A stretch of 64,000 nt of DNA from Mobula hypostoma. Taxonomy: Eukaryota. The notes under the pieces are model-generated. The model saw only the letters and a program-made list of their open reading frames with translations. It ran no database searches and was not told the origin of the DNA. The position numbers and the translations under genes are program-made. Positions 62,409 through 64,000 of this stretch are shown one piece after another. The stretch lies in assembly GCF_963921235.1 (NCBI RefSeq), contig NC_086097.1, forward strand, positions 36,334,001-36,398,000, read 5' to 3'. How positions within the stretch are numbered: position 1 is the first letter of the stretch; the number at the start of each line of letters is the position of its first letter.

Positions 62409-62496
62409 GCTTTAGATTAATGAGCTTTCAACTGGAAACTTGGAAAAGTTGGGGGAGAAAAGATAAGATACACAGAAAGAGGAAAGGCGTGGTAAC

Positions 62497-62652
62497 AGCA
62501 ACACTCACAACATGCTGGAGGAACTCAGCAAGTCGGGCAGCATCCGTGGAAACAATCAGTCAACGTTTTGGACTGGAACCCTTCGTCAGGACTGAAGAGG
62601 GAAGGGGCAGAGGCCCTACAAAGAAGGTGGGGGGAGGGTGGGAAGGAGAAGG
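62497..62652 (-). mobile_element. Penelope terminal-repeat fragment
   Basis: tgctggaggaactcagcaagtcgggcagcatc...cccttcgtcaggact; another such fragment lies at ~62216-62309. Confidence 0.85.
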
Positions 62653-62949
62653 CATGTTAGATCAATCTGGCTGTGCTCAATAGATATTCTCATTTTTTTG
62701 ATAGAATAAACTACACATTATTAAAAAATATTTTAAATTCTTTCAGAAAATATGACAAGATGCTTTGTAAACATATCTTTTTTTCATTACCAGCGCTTAG
62801 CGACATTTTGTTAAATTCAGTACATAAGAATTCAAACAAACTCATCTTGGTTTTCCACCTAATCATAGAATCAATCTGTGTAGATACCACCAGGGACCTT
62901 CAATGCTACTTTTAATGTATTTTTGACTGATGTATATTTGTTGAATTCA

Positions 62950-63240
62950 CCTTTATGAGAATGAAGAATATACTGACCAATACTAAGCTAGGCATGACAA
63001 CCCGCCTCAGAGTACTGAAATGTTACGTTTCTACGGTTGTGTTAGGTGGCTCAGAATGTTGGACAATATCTAGTAACATGAGGAAACGAATTGAAGCAGC
63101 AGAGATGTGGTTTTTGAGAAGGGTGCAAAGAATATCATGGATGAAACGAATATCTAATGAGGATGTCATGAAGAGAGCAAACACAACAAAAAGGCAACGT
63201 GACCTCATTGGACATGTGATTAGGAAAGAGGAGTTAGAAT
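62950..63240 (+). mobile_element. RTE-clade LINE C-terminal fragment, cut off by an LTR
   Basis: RLRVLKCYV...GSECWTIS...RIEAAEMWFLRRVQRISW...SNEDV...GHVIRK. Confidence 0.88.
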
Positions 63241-64000
63241 TGTTACGAGAATACACATAAAATTAAGATGTTTGCTGGCCTGGGCTAGCATCAGTGGCAT
63301 CAGCAGTTGGTCTGCCACCTGCCCTCAGGGGAAGGAGAGATAAGGAACAATGGAGCAGCGTCTGGAGATGTGTAATGAAGGGATGTGGGAGGGAGAGCTG
63401 TCTGGAGCGGCTCCCCCCCCTTTGAACCCTGAACTGTTTGAAGTGATGGACAGGCGATACCCCAGCAGGGGGATAAAAAGGGACAGGTTCGCTAAGACGG
63501 ACACACACGCCACCCGAGGTAACGAGACCCTGGAAGCGGTGCGCCTCTCACGAGTGGTGAGAAGTACCGGACAACGCACAGGGTGGAAAGGTACGATCAG
63601 CGGGAACCCGGTGTGTGTCCGCCCTTGCCTGGGTGCCGGGTTCACTGCAGAGGATCGACCGCATCTGGAGGAGGGGTCACAGTCGGTGACCTCAGGTGAC
63701 ATCCCCAAGGACCCGCCCAAAAGCTGTTTGTGAGCCATCTCGCTGGTCTGTGAGCCATCTTGCTGGTCTGTGAGTGAAGCCGTTCTGAATGATGAGTTGT
63801 TCCTATTCTATCTCTCTCTTCCCCCACGTTGTCCACCGCCATGGCAACGATTACTGCGAACTGAACTACTAAACTGGACTGAACTTTGAGTCATTTTGAA
63901 ATTGGTCATTTACCCCTAGACAACGATAGAGCTTGATTGATGCTGTTATCTTAATTCTGTGCACATGTGTGTTTATCATCACTGAACTGTTGCATTTATT
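63241..64000 (+). mobile_element. Probable LTR (Gypsy-like), running off the window
   Basis: Starts TGTTACG where RTE homology stops; CpG-retaining; TATA-like gataaaa at ~63472; 20-bp tandem duplication at 63729-63774. The right end and TSD are not visible. Confidence 0.6.

Overview
Vertebrate genomic DNA, most likely a cartilaginous fish (inferred from V-domain/HE1-type SINEs and very dense CR1, Rex1/Babar and Penelope content). The only host gene is HIF1A on the minus strand. Coding exons 1-6 (bHLH, PAS-A, start of PAS-B) lie at 27104-27129, 5201-5391, 3821-3966, 3236-3320, 1298-1410 and 142-344, with a 21.7-kb intron 1 and a CpG-island promoter at about 26.7-27.6 kb; the gene continues off the left edge. 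Upstream (27.7-64 kb) is almost entirely nested transposable elements: CR1 LINEs (one young copy with an uninterrupted 967-aa ORF2), Rex1/Babar, RTE, Penelope, Gypsy-type LTRs, and hAT and mariner elements. Highlights are a GC-AG splice donor after HIF1A exon 6, an HRE/CRE/YY1 cluster at the promoter, an intact Penelope minimal hammerhead ribozyme, a recurrent T-TTA-AAC slippery-site consensus at CR1 ORF1/ORF2 junctions, and several insertions with base-exact target-site duplications. I found no convincing wholly novel multi-gene system; repeat boundaries without a stated TSD are approximate.
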